Below, piece by piece: positions 1 through 9,653 of a DNA stretch of 64,000 nucleotides; positions within the stretch are counted from its first letter, which is position 1, and the number at the start of each line of letters is the position of its first letter. The translations under genes were made by a program, and so were the position numbers. A model generated the notes under the pieces. That model saw only the letters and a list, made by a program, of their open reading frames with translations. It made no database searches and was not told the DNA's origin. Origin of the DNA: Sphingopyxis sp. (GTDB lineage: Bacteria; Pseudomonadota; Alphaproteobacteria; Sphingomonadales; Sphingomonadaceae); NCBI RefSeq assembly GCF_035686825.1, contig NZ_DASRYZ010000006.1, positions 246,126-310,125 of the forward strand. Direction: 5' to 3'.

Positions 1-788
1 TTGATGAACACCGCGAGCGCGAGCAGGCCGAAGATGATCGAGGGCACCGCGGCCAGGTTGTTGATCGACACTTCGATGAGGTCGGTCCAGCGGTTCTTCG
101 GTGCATATTCTTCCAGATAGAGCGCCGCGAGCACGCCGGTCGGAAAGGCGATCAGAAAGGCGATGAAGATCGTCAGCACCGATCCCTTCAATGCACCCCA
201 GATCCCCGCGACCGCGGGGTCGGTGGCGTCAGCATTCTTGAAGAAGGCCCAGTGGATGCCGGTCGACAGCTTGCCGTCCTTCTCCAGCGCATCGACCCGC
301 GCGCCGAGCGCGCCCTTGCCGCCATCCTTCGCGGCCATATCGACTTCGCTCGACGCGGGCAGTTCGAACAGCGTCTCGCCGTCGAGCAATTCGGGATCGG
401 CCTTGATCGCGCTGCGCACTTCCTTCCACGCATTTTCGCTGATCAGCGCCGACCCGCCGTCGCCCAGCGCCTCGTCGGCGGCAAAGGCGACGATGTCGGC
501 CAGCCCCGCGTTCGCGATCACCTGATCGGCGTCGGCATCGCCCAGCCGCGCTTTGTCGATCGTCAGCGGCATCGCCTTGAAATCAACCGGCACCGCGACA
601 TGCGTATAGGTAAAGCCGCGCGCGCCGTTGCCGACCATCACGAACAGCAGGAAGGCGAGGAACGCCCCCGATAGCAGCACCGCGCCCAGCCCCATCAGCT
701 TGAAGCGGCGCTCGGCGGCGTAGCGGCCCGCGATGCGCTTCTGCATCGCCGCGCCCTTCCAGTCGGTGGGGGAAGTTTCCCTATTCAT
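1..788 (-). CDS. pstA: Phosphate ABC transporter permease PstA (3' end cut by window edge)
   Basis: Absent from the ORF track because it runs off the edge. My minus-strand translation from the ATG at 788 reads MNRETSPTDWKGAAMQKRIAGRYAAERRFKLMGLGAVLLS...LEEYAPKNRWTDLIEVSINNLAAVPSIIFGLLALAVFI. This contains the conserved PstA permease core. The ATG overlaps the pstC stop (ATGAATAG). Confidence 0.9.
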   Translation of the reverse strand, partial: MNRETSPTDWKGAAMQKRIAGRYAAERRFKLMGLGAVLLSGAFLAFLLFVMVGNGARGFTYTHVAVPVDFKAMPLTIDKARLGDADADQVIANAGLADIVAFAADEALGDGGSALISENAWKEVRSAIKADPELLDGETLFELPASSEVDMAAKDGGKGALGARVDALEKDGKLSTGIHWAFFKNADATDPAVAGIWGALKGSVLTIFIAFLIAFPTGVLAALYLEEYAPKNRWTDLIEVSINNLAAVPSIIFGLLALAVFI

Positions 789-2157
789 ATGCTTCCCGAT
801 ATTTCTTGACGATGCGCAGCGCGACGATGTTGAGCAGCAGCGTGACGAGGAAGAGCACGAGCCCGAGCGCGAAGGCTGCGAGCGTCTTGGCGCTGTCGAA
901 CTCCTGATCGCCGGTGAGCAATTTCACGATCTGCGCGGTTACGGTGGTGACGCTGGCAAAGGGGTTGGCGGTCATATTCGCCGACAGGCCCGCCGCCATC
1001 ACCACGATCATCGTCTCGCCGATCGCGCGGCTGACCGCGAGCAATATGCCACCCATCACGCCCGGAAGCGCGGCGGGGATCAGCACCTGACGGATCGTCT
1101 CGTTCGGCGTTGCCCCCAAGGCAAGGCTGCCGTCGCGCATCGCCTGCGGCACCGCGTTGATGCTGTCGTCGGCCATCGAGGAGACGAAGGGGATGATCAT
1201 CACCCCCATCACGATCCCCGCGGCGAGCGCGCTTTCGGTCGAGGCGTTGGGAATGCCCAGCATCACCGCGAACTCGCGCAGCGCCGGCGCCACCGTCAGC
1301 GCGGCGAAATAGCCGTAAACGACCGTCGGTACGCCCGCGAGGATCTCGAGCAAGGGCTTCACCCATTTGCGCACCGCGGGCGCGGCATATTGGGTGAGGT
1401 AGACCGCGGTCATCATCCCGATCGGGATCGCGACGATCATCGCGATGATCGCGCCGATCAGCACGGTGCCCCAGAACAGCGGAATGCCGCCGAAGGTGTC
1501 GGGCTGCGGCGCGCCGCTCGTCGGCGCCCACGTCGTCCCGACCAGCAATTCGGCGGGCGAGACGAGGCGGAAGAAACGGATCGATTCAAAGAGCAGCGAC
1601 AGCACGATGCCGAAGGTCGTCAGGATCGCGACGAGCGATGCGAGCAGCAACAGCATCATCACGATCTTTTCGACGCGGCTCCGCGCGCGGAAATCGGGGC
1701 GGATGCGCGTGAAGGCATAAAGCCCGCCCGCGAGCGCCAGCGCCAGCATCGCCGCGATGCCGATCCACGCATATTTGTGGCTCGCTTGCGAATAGGGCTT
1801 CACCAGCGGCGCCGCGGCGGGCAGCCGCACCTCGGCCTGCCGCCCTTGCGCGACATTGCGCGCGTCGGACAATATCGCGCCGCGCTCGAACCCGAATTCG
1901 GGCAGGCTCTGCGCCGCTTCGGTCGTCAGCACCTGATTGGTGATCAGCGCGGGCGACACCGACGACCAGACGGCAAGGAACAGCGCCGCGGGCGCGAACA
2001 GCCACAGCGCGACATACCAGCCATGATATTGCGGGCGCGAGTGCAGCTTCGCCTGCGCGCGCCCGGCGAGCAGGTTCGACCGCGCCCGGCCGGCGAGCCA
2101 GCCGATCAGGGCAAGGCCTGCGATCAAAAGCAAAAGGGCGGCGGCGTTGAAGGTCAC
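781..2157 (-). CDS. pstC: Phosphate ABC transporter permease PstC (long form)
   Basis: 458-aa polytopic ORF with an ABC-permease loop (AVSRAIGETMIVVMAAG). It lies between pstS and pstA on the same strand. Confidence 0.9.
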   Translation of the reverse strand: MTFNAAALLLLIAGLALIGWLAGRARSNLLAGRAQAKLHSRPQYHGWYVALWLFAPAALFLAVWSSVSPALITNQVLTTEAAQSLPEFGFERGAILSDARNVAQGRQAEVRLPAAAPLVKPYSQASHKYAWIGIAAMLALALAGGLYAFTRIRPDFRARSRVEKIVMMLLLLASLVAILTTFGIVLSLLFESIRFFRLVSPAELLVGTTWAPTSGAPQPDTFGGIPLFWGTVLIGAIIAMIVAIPIGMMTAVYLTQYAAPAVRKWVKPLLEILAGVPTVVYGYFAALTVAPALREFAVMLGIPNASTESALAAGIVMGVMIIPFVSSMADDSINAVPQAMRDGSLALGATPNETIRQVLIPAALPGVMGGILLAVSRAIGETMIVVMAAGLSANMTANPFASVTTVTAQIVKLLTGDQEFDSAKTLAAFALGLVLFLVTLLLNIVALRIVKKYREAYE

Positions 2158-2183
2158 ATGCGTCTCTTAACCTGTCCCCAATT

Positions 2184-2305
2184 CCATTCGCCCTGAGCTT
2201 GTCGAAGCCTGTCCTGAGCGACTGACAAGTCAGTCGAAGGGGGCCGTTCTTGTCTTCAACCGAAGAGGAAAAAGGACGGTGCTTCGACAAGCTCAGCACG
2301 AACGG
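2184..2305. repeat. MITE-like palindromic element, family 2 (about 25-bp terminal inverted repeats)
   Basis: The left arm CCATTCGCCCTGAGCTTGTCGAAGC (2184-2208) is an imperfect inverted repeat of GCTTCGACAAGCTCAGCACGAACGG (2281-2305). There is an inner hairpin CGACTGAC-AA-GTCAGTCG. A related copy lies at 15258-15340. Confidence 0.7.
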
Positions 2306-2326
2306 GGAAGGGGAGTCCAACGTCAG

Positions 2327-2363
2327 AAAAAACGGCGGCCGGACAGGGCGAACCCGCCCGGCC
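2327..2363 (-). terminator. Intrinsic terminator/attenuator just after pstS
   Basis: On the minus strand a GC-rich hairpin (GGCCGG..GGGCG/CGCCC..CCGGCC, 2337-2363) is followed by GCCG and a T6 run (plus-strand A-run 2327-2332). It begins 17 nt after the pstS stop. Confidence 0.6.
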
Positions 2364-2379
2364 ACCAGCGGGAGGAAAC

Positions 2380-3441
2380 TTACTTCAGTTCCGCACCATC
2401 CAGCGCGGTCATATTCTTGCCGTTCGCCGCCGCGGTGTCGGCGATCGCTTTCGGCGACACGATCAGCCCCTTGGCGTTGAGGTAACCGCCGTCGGCCGCG
2501 CCCTTCAGGAACTCGGCGACATATTCGGCGAGCCCGGGGACGACACCGACATGCGCCTTCTTCACATAGATGTAGAGCGGGCGCGAACCGGGATAGCTGC
2601 CGTCGGCGATCGCCGCATAGGTCGGCGCGACGCCCTGCACCGGAACCGCCTTGATCTTGTCCTTGTTCGCATCGAGATAGCTGAAGCCAAAGATGCCGAG
2701 GCTGGTCGGGTTCTTGTCGAGCTTCGAGATGATGAGGTTATCATTCTCGCCCTGCTCGACATAATAGGGCGAACCGCGCAGCGTCGTGCACACCGCCTCA
2801 TGCTTGTCCTTGTCGCTGTCCTTCAGCGCCTTCATTTCGGCATTGGCGTCGCAGCCGGTGCCGAGGATCAGCTCCTTGAACGCGTCATAAGTGCCGCTCG
2901 TCGACGGCGGACCAAAGACCGAGATCGCGACCGCGGGCAGCGCCGGGTTCACGTCCTTCCACGTCTTCGCGGTGTTGGGCTTGCCATAGGGGTTCGCCGC
3001 GAGCGCCTTATAGACGTCTTCCTCGGTCAGCTCGAAACCCGGACCGCGCGCCGCCTCACCCAGCGCGATGCCATCGATGCCGATCTGGACTTCGACGATG
3101 TCCTTCACGCCGTTCGCGACGCAGCTGTCATATTCCTTCTTCTTCATGCGGCGCGATGCGTTCGCGATGTCGGGCGTGTCGCCGCCAACGCCGGCGCAAA
3201 AGCGCTCGAAGCCGCCGCCGGTGCCTGTGCTGTCGATCTTCGGCGTCTTGTTGCCCGTCGCCTCGGCGAACTTCTCGCCAACCGTGGTGGCAAAGGGGTA
3301 GACGGTCGAGGACCCGACCGCGCTGATATAAGCGCGCGCACCGCCGCCCGAAGACGCCTGATCCTGACACGCGGACAGCGCCAGCGCGCATGTGGCGGCG
3401 CCAGCGACGCCGAGCATCTTGGTAGCGAATTTCTGCAGCAT
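2380..3441 (-). CDS. pstS: Phosphate-binding periplasmic protein PstS (lipoprotein-type signal)
   Basis: The track ORF is 2380-3510. I place the start at Met24 (ATG at 3441), which gives MLQKFATKMLGVAGAATCALALSAC, a lipobox signal. PstS-family body (SAVGSSTVYPF, STGTGGG). Pho box about 80 nt upstream. Confidence 0.9.
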   Translation of the reverse strand: MLQKFATKMLGVAGAATCALALSACQDQASSGGGARAYISAVGSSTVYPFATTVGEKFAEATGNKTPKIDSTGTGGGFERFCAGVGGDTPDIANASRRMKKKEYDSCVANGVKDIVEVQIGIDGIALGEAARGPGFELTEEDVYKALAANPYGKPNTAKTWKDVNPALPAVAISVFGPPSTSGTYDAFKELILGTGCDANAEMKALKDSDKDKHEAVCTTLRGSPYYVEQGENDNLIISKLDKNPTSLGIFGFSYLDANKDKIKAVPVQGVAPTYAAIADGSYPGSRPLYIYVKKAHVGVVPGLAEYVAEFLKGAADGGYLNAKGLIVSPKAIADTAAANGKNMTALDGAELK

Positions 3442-3522
3442 CGAAAAATCCTGTCGAGGGTCGTTACCGAACCAAGCCGCCACCCCCGCGGCGACTCGCT
3501 GGGTGCCCAATGGGGGTTTTGT

Positions 3523-3540
3523 GTGACGTGTTTGTGACAG
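3523..3540 (-). promoter_or_regulatory. Pho box (PhoB site) of the pstS promoter
   Basis: The minus strand reads CTGTCAC-AAAC-ACGTCAC. This is two 7-bp repeats with a 4-bp spacer (11-bp period), matching the E. coli-type CTGTCAT-N4-CTGTCAT architecture. It lies 82-99 nt upstream of the pstS ATG. Confidence 0.6.
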
Positions 3541-3543
3541 GGG

Positions 3544-3561
3544 GTGTCATGGAAGTGTCAT
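3544..3561 (+). promoter_or_regulatory. Second Pho box, opposite orientation
   Basis: The plus strand reads GTGTCAT-GGAA-GTGTCAT, two identical 7-mers with a 4-bp spacer. It lies 3 bp from the first box and is head-to-head with it. Confidence 0.5.
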
Positions 3562-3592
3562 GATCCGGCCGTGTCGAATGCCCTAGCATCTT

Positions 3593-4078
3593 TTACGGGT
3601 GGACGATGTCTTCCAAGAGCGAATTGACGAAGGTGTTTCTTGATACTTTCGCGTTCTTGCCGAGTATCCCTGCTCTATACCAACGCTCCACATTGGCTAC
3701 CGGGACTACGTAGATCGGCACACTTGGAAATAAAGTAATGTCGGAAAGAATGTAGCCTCGAATGTTCTGGAGCTTAGCGAGGAATCCTGCTTCCTCAAAA
3801 TAGCGGCCTTTCCCAACCTGGGCCGATGGATTGAAATAGACACCACCCCTTGTGATCGAACGCACCTCCCAAAGTCCTCCGTCCGGCGCGCGCAAATCAT
3901 ATCCAGCGCCCTCGGTCGGTGCCAGATCCCAACCTTCATGTGCCCATTTCAATCTACGTTCTATGATGAATGACGCACGACGACCATCGGTCATGAATTC
4001 ATGGACATCTTCTGGCTGCACGCCAAACGCCTGCGCGAGTTGTGCGCAGTCAAATTCGATTTCAAACATATTGTCCAT
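3593..4078 (-). CDS. Putative type II restriction endonuclease (PD-(D/E)XK-like, PvuII-like spacing)
   Basis: 161-aa ORF 64 nt downstream of the methyltransferase on the same strand. GGAGGG lies 5 nt before its ATG. The motif GAGYDLRAPDGGLWEVRSI gives D-X9-E-V-R. The function is inferred, not demonstrated. Confidence 0.5.
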   Translation of the reverse strand: MDNMFEIEFDCAQLAQAFGVQPEDVHEFMTDGRRASFIIERRLKWAHEGWDLAPTEGAGYDLRAPDGGLWEVRSITRGGVYFNPSAQVGKGRYFEEAGFLAKLQNIRGYILSDITLFPSVPIYVVPVANVERWYRAGILGKNAKVSRNTFVNSLLEDIVHP

Positions 4079-4142
4079 ATAGCCCTCCGCTCAGAAGGGC
4101 GGATTAGGACTGATCACGGGAAGAGTCGAATCACCTTTGTCT

Positions 4143-5459
4143 TTAATGACGCTGCAAAAGGACAATTCGGTTTGTGTTAGTCCCCTTATTGTTGTTTCCG
4201 ACGCCCCAGCAATTCGCTGTCTTCGTAAACTCTTGCTGGTTGATCATCACGCCGAGCCGCTTAAATGGCAGCCCTTCGGCAGCCTCCCAAACGAGGCGCT
4301 CCAAGAGGACCTTTCCGTTTCGGACCTCACCAACCTCAAACGCGACCAAGCCTTTCGACTTCAAAACGCGCGCCTGTTCGATCAAAACGGATCGCACCAT
4401 GTTGCGCCATGCCAATTCGCCTTTGTGCATCGAAATCGAAATAGCTTCGACGTCAATTCCCGCGAACCAGCACCGCAACCAGTTGTCATCAGCATATTGG
4501 ACGACGTCAAGGAAAGGCGGTGACGTGACGGTCAGGGCGACCGACGCATCGGCGATGGTAGGCAAATATTCCGCTTGGCCACATAACAGATCAAAGTCGC
4601 AAATTGGGGATGGCGGGCAATCTCGTAGCAGCGATCGCGACTTTTTGAGAATCAACGCCGTAATGTCACGCACAACAGGCGTTTGGTTCCGTTTTTCATT
4701 GATCTTCAGTTGCGATGATATGCTGACCGCCTGATTAGGTGGCAACGAGTAAACAGAGAAAAATCCGTTGGAGTGACCGGTCAACCGATTGATCGCGACC
4801 ATTCGAATCCAATCCCAAACTGGATCAGGGCAATGATTATCCAACGGAGCAACCTGCAATAAATGTTCCCTGAGAACGCAGATGTGCCGGAGAGTCTGGG
4901 GATGATAAAAGGCCAACAGATCGTCGCGAACTTCACAAGGGACGGACCAGTTGATTGATCGAAGCGCGGCCGCCACTTCGGAAAGCGGCGGCACTCGCAA
5001 TCTGGGACGGGTCAGCAGCCTTGACAACGGATTCACATCGTTGCCGAGAGGTCGGCGGCCCATCAACGCGGCTTGAACCGGGGTGGTTCCGCGACCCATG
5101 AACGGATCTAGAACATGATCGCCGGCTGCCGTAGCGCGACTAATGAAGAATTCTGGTAGTTGGGGCTTGAAGCAGGCTCGATAGCTTACCTCATGGATCG
5201 AATGAGCCTTTCGTTGACCCGACGTCCAGAACTCGTTGATCAGATACGGGATGCCCGCTTCATCGATCCGCTCGGTTCGTGCACCAAAGTCGGCGAACGA
5301 CGAAATCTGGTCGATGATATTGCCCGATCGTTGCGGTTCCTGAACGTCGATAGGAAACAGATCGTCAAAATGTGCGAGTGCTCTCAATGCGAGGGGATGC
5401 TCCATAGGCTCTCTCCATAACTGCTCCATGTCTAGAACATTGAGAGAACGAAACTTCAA
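4143..5459 (-). CDS. Site-specific DNA methyltransferase (N4/N6 amino-MTase family, SPPF catalytic motif)
   Basis: The AdoMet motif VLDPFMGRGTTPVQAALMG is preceded by FKPQLPEFFI, and the catalytic motif LTVTSPPFLDVV follows later. The start is uncertain: TTG at 5459 per the track, or ATG at 5429 (Met11). Confidence 0.8.
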   Translation of the reverse strand: MKFRSLNVLDMEQLWREPMEHPLALRALAHFDDLFPIDVQEPQRSGNIIDQISSFADFGARTERIDEAGIPYLINEFWTSGQRKAHSIHEVSYRACFKPQLPEFFISRATAAGDHVLDPFMGRGTTPVQAALMGRRPLGNDVNPLSRLLTRPRLRVPPLSEVAAALRSINWSVPCEVRDDLLAFYHPQTLRHICVLREHLLQVAPLDNHCPDPVWDWIRMVAINRLTGHSNGFFSVYSLPPNQAVSISSQLKINEKRNQTPVVRDITALILKKSRSLLRDCPPSPICDFDLLCGQAEYLPTIADASVALTVTSPPFLDVVQYADDNWLRCWFAGIDVEAISISMHKGELAWRNMVRSVLIEQARVLKSKGLVAFEVGEVRNGKVLLERLVWEAAEGLPFKRLGVMINQQEFTKTANCWGVGNNNKGTNTNRIVLLQRH

Positions 5460-5553
5460 TCATTTTGAATGATATGCCATCCAAACTGGATGAATAAAAC
5501 TAACATGCGACATCCGTTTACGTCCACCAACTTGTGAAAGAAAAGGCAAGACG

Positions 5554-5862
5554 ATGATCCTCATCACCGGCCACGCCATCCTCACCCCCGAGCATCGCGA
5601 GCGCATGATCGCGCTCGGCGCCGAGCATAGCGCGCGGTCCCGCATCGAACCGGGGTGTCTGACGCATCATTGCCATGTCGATGTCGAAAACGACCTGCGC
5701 CTCGTCTTCGTCGAGGAATAGGAGAGTGTCGATGCGGTCCGCGCCCATTTCGCGCTGCCCGCATCGCGCGCCTTCGTCGCGGAGATGCGTGCGCTCTCGC
5801 CCGAGCCGCCCGCGATCCGCATCCATGCCGCCGAGGATATCACCGCGACGCTGATGGGGTAA
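5554..5862 (+). pseudogene. ABM-domain (antibiotic biosynthesis monooxygenase-like) gene with an internal TAG
   Basis: My translation reads MILITGHAILTPEHRERMIALGAEHSARSRIEPGCLTHHCHVDVENDLRLVFVEE*ESVDAVRAHFALPASRAFVAEMRALSPEPPAIRIHAAEDITATLMG. The in-frame TAG at 5719-5721 sits where this family has Trp (..EEW.S..A..AH). Both halves are under 60 aa, so neither appears in the track. Confidence 0.65.
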
Positions 5863-5864
5863 AT

Positions 5865-5968
5865 CTCCCCTCCCATTTATGGGAGGGGTCGGGGGAGGGC
5901 ATGTCCCAATCGCGCGTGGGCGGAATGCTCTACAGCCCCTCCCCAAACCCCTCCCGCAAGCGGGAGGG
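5865..5968. repeat. CCCTCCC/GGGAGGG hairpin repeats (family 3)
   Basis: Hairpins CCCCTCCCA-TTTA-TGGGAGGGG (5867-5888) and CCCTCCCGC-AA-GCGGGAGGG (5948-5968). The same motif class occurs at 24232-24331. Confidence 0.5.
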
Positions 5969-6260
5969 CTTCGAGAAAAAAGCGCTGTCCTACATTATCG
6001 CGCCGTGCCAGCGTGCCCGCCGCTCTTTCGCATCGTCGGCAACCGCAAGTCCGTGCCAGCGTCCCTCGCGCACACACGGTCGGGGGCATCAACCTCGTCG
6101 ATTTCCGCTCGGCGGGTATCATTATACCGGAGGGGAATGACAAGTTTGACAACTTTGGAATGATATTGCGTGCGCGCGCCATCGCGGGATGGAGCCGACC
6201 CGGCGAATGTTGATCGCGATCGACCCGCCGTCGGCGGTGTCGCGCCCGGTCCGGCGGGGA

Positions 6261-6686
6261 TCACTGGACCGCGGTGGTCTTGGCGACGACGCGCCACCCG
6301 GCATCGGTGCGATAGAGCAGCAGCTGGTCGATATAGAGATCGCCGCCGAAATGCAGTTCATAGGTGACCGCGCTCATCGACGGCGTCGCGTCGTGGCGGT
6401 CGAGGATGCGCCCGGTGGCGGCCGGATCGGGCCGCGCCGCCCAGTCGCCGAGCACCTCGGCGAAGCGCCGGCACCCGATCGGTGCCGCGCCGTCGCGCGC
6501 CAGCGTGCAAAACTGCCCGTCGGGCAGGAACAGCGCCTCCAGCACCTCGACGCGCCCGCTGCGCAGTCCGCCGACATAAGCCTCAAGCGCCGCTTCGGGC
6601 GAAGCCGGTGCGGCGGGGGGCGGGGGCTCCGCCGCGGCCAGCGCCGCGAGGATGGGAAGGGCAAGGTGCACAGGATCGAGGGGCAT
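6261..6686 (-). CDS. Secreted NTF2-like/SnoaL-like fold protein (hypothetical)
   Basis: 141-aa ORF with an N-terminal signal-like segment (LALPILAALAAA). Its size and pattern resemble NTF2-like proteins. This is the best coding candidate among the overlapping frames here. Confidence 0.5.
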   Translation of the reverse strand: MPLDPVHLALPILAALAAAEPPPPAAPASPEAALEAYVGGLRSGRVEVLEALFLPDGQFCTLARDGAAPIGCRRFAEVLGDWAARPDPAATGRILDRHDATPSMSAVTYELHFGGDLYIDQLLLYRTDAGWRVVAKTTAVQ

Positions 6687-6732
6687 CGCATGAAACTCCC
6701 GCTGTCGTGCGCCGTCTGTAACCTGCCGCGCG

Positions 6733-9627
<2,895 letters not shown>

Positions 9628-9638
9628 GGGAGAGGTTT

Positions 9639-9653
9639 GTTCCAGATTTGTTC
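9639..9653. promoter_or_regulatory. Alphaproteobacterial SOS (LexA) box upstream of uvrA
   Basis: GTTC-CAGATTT-GTTC is an exact GTTC-N7-GTTC direct repeat (GAAC-N7-GAAC on the uvrA strand). It lies 12-26 nt upstream of the uvrA start codon. Confidence 0.65.

Larger units (their letters stand above)
3565..5550. other. Low-GC horizontally acquired islet carrying a two-gene restriction-modification module
   Basis: Hand counts: 159/300 G+C (53%) for 4141-4440, against 81/120 (67.5%) for 2401-2520. The non-coding ends are AT-rich (5460-5550). The boundaries are approximate. Confidence 0.6.

Noticed and set aside
3560-5560. ATGATCC occurs at both edges of the low-GC islet (3560-3566 and 5554-5560), which could be a target-site duplication.
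   Set aside because: A 7-mer match between two ~100-bp flanks is about what chance predicts. Joining the flanks would put the ABM start codon inside the Pho box, which is not a sensible ancestral arrangement. No terminal inverted repeats or mobility gene support a transposition scar.
5518-5946. The 142-aa minus-strand ORF opposite the ABM remnant.
   Set aside because: It has no motifs and an Arg/Gly-rich composition. The plus strand carries a recognisable, though interrupted, ABM-domain frame.
6004-6063. The duplicated motif contains TGGCACG on the minus strand, which looks like a sigma-54 -24 element and could be a PrsR target.
   Set aside because: In the copy followed by TTGC the sequence is TGGCACG-GAC-TTGC, so the GG-to-GC distance is one nt shorter than the invariant -24/-12 spacing. 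The other copy has no TTGC at all.
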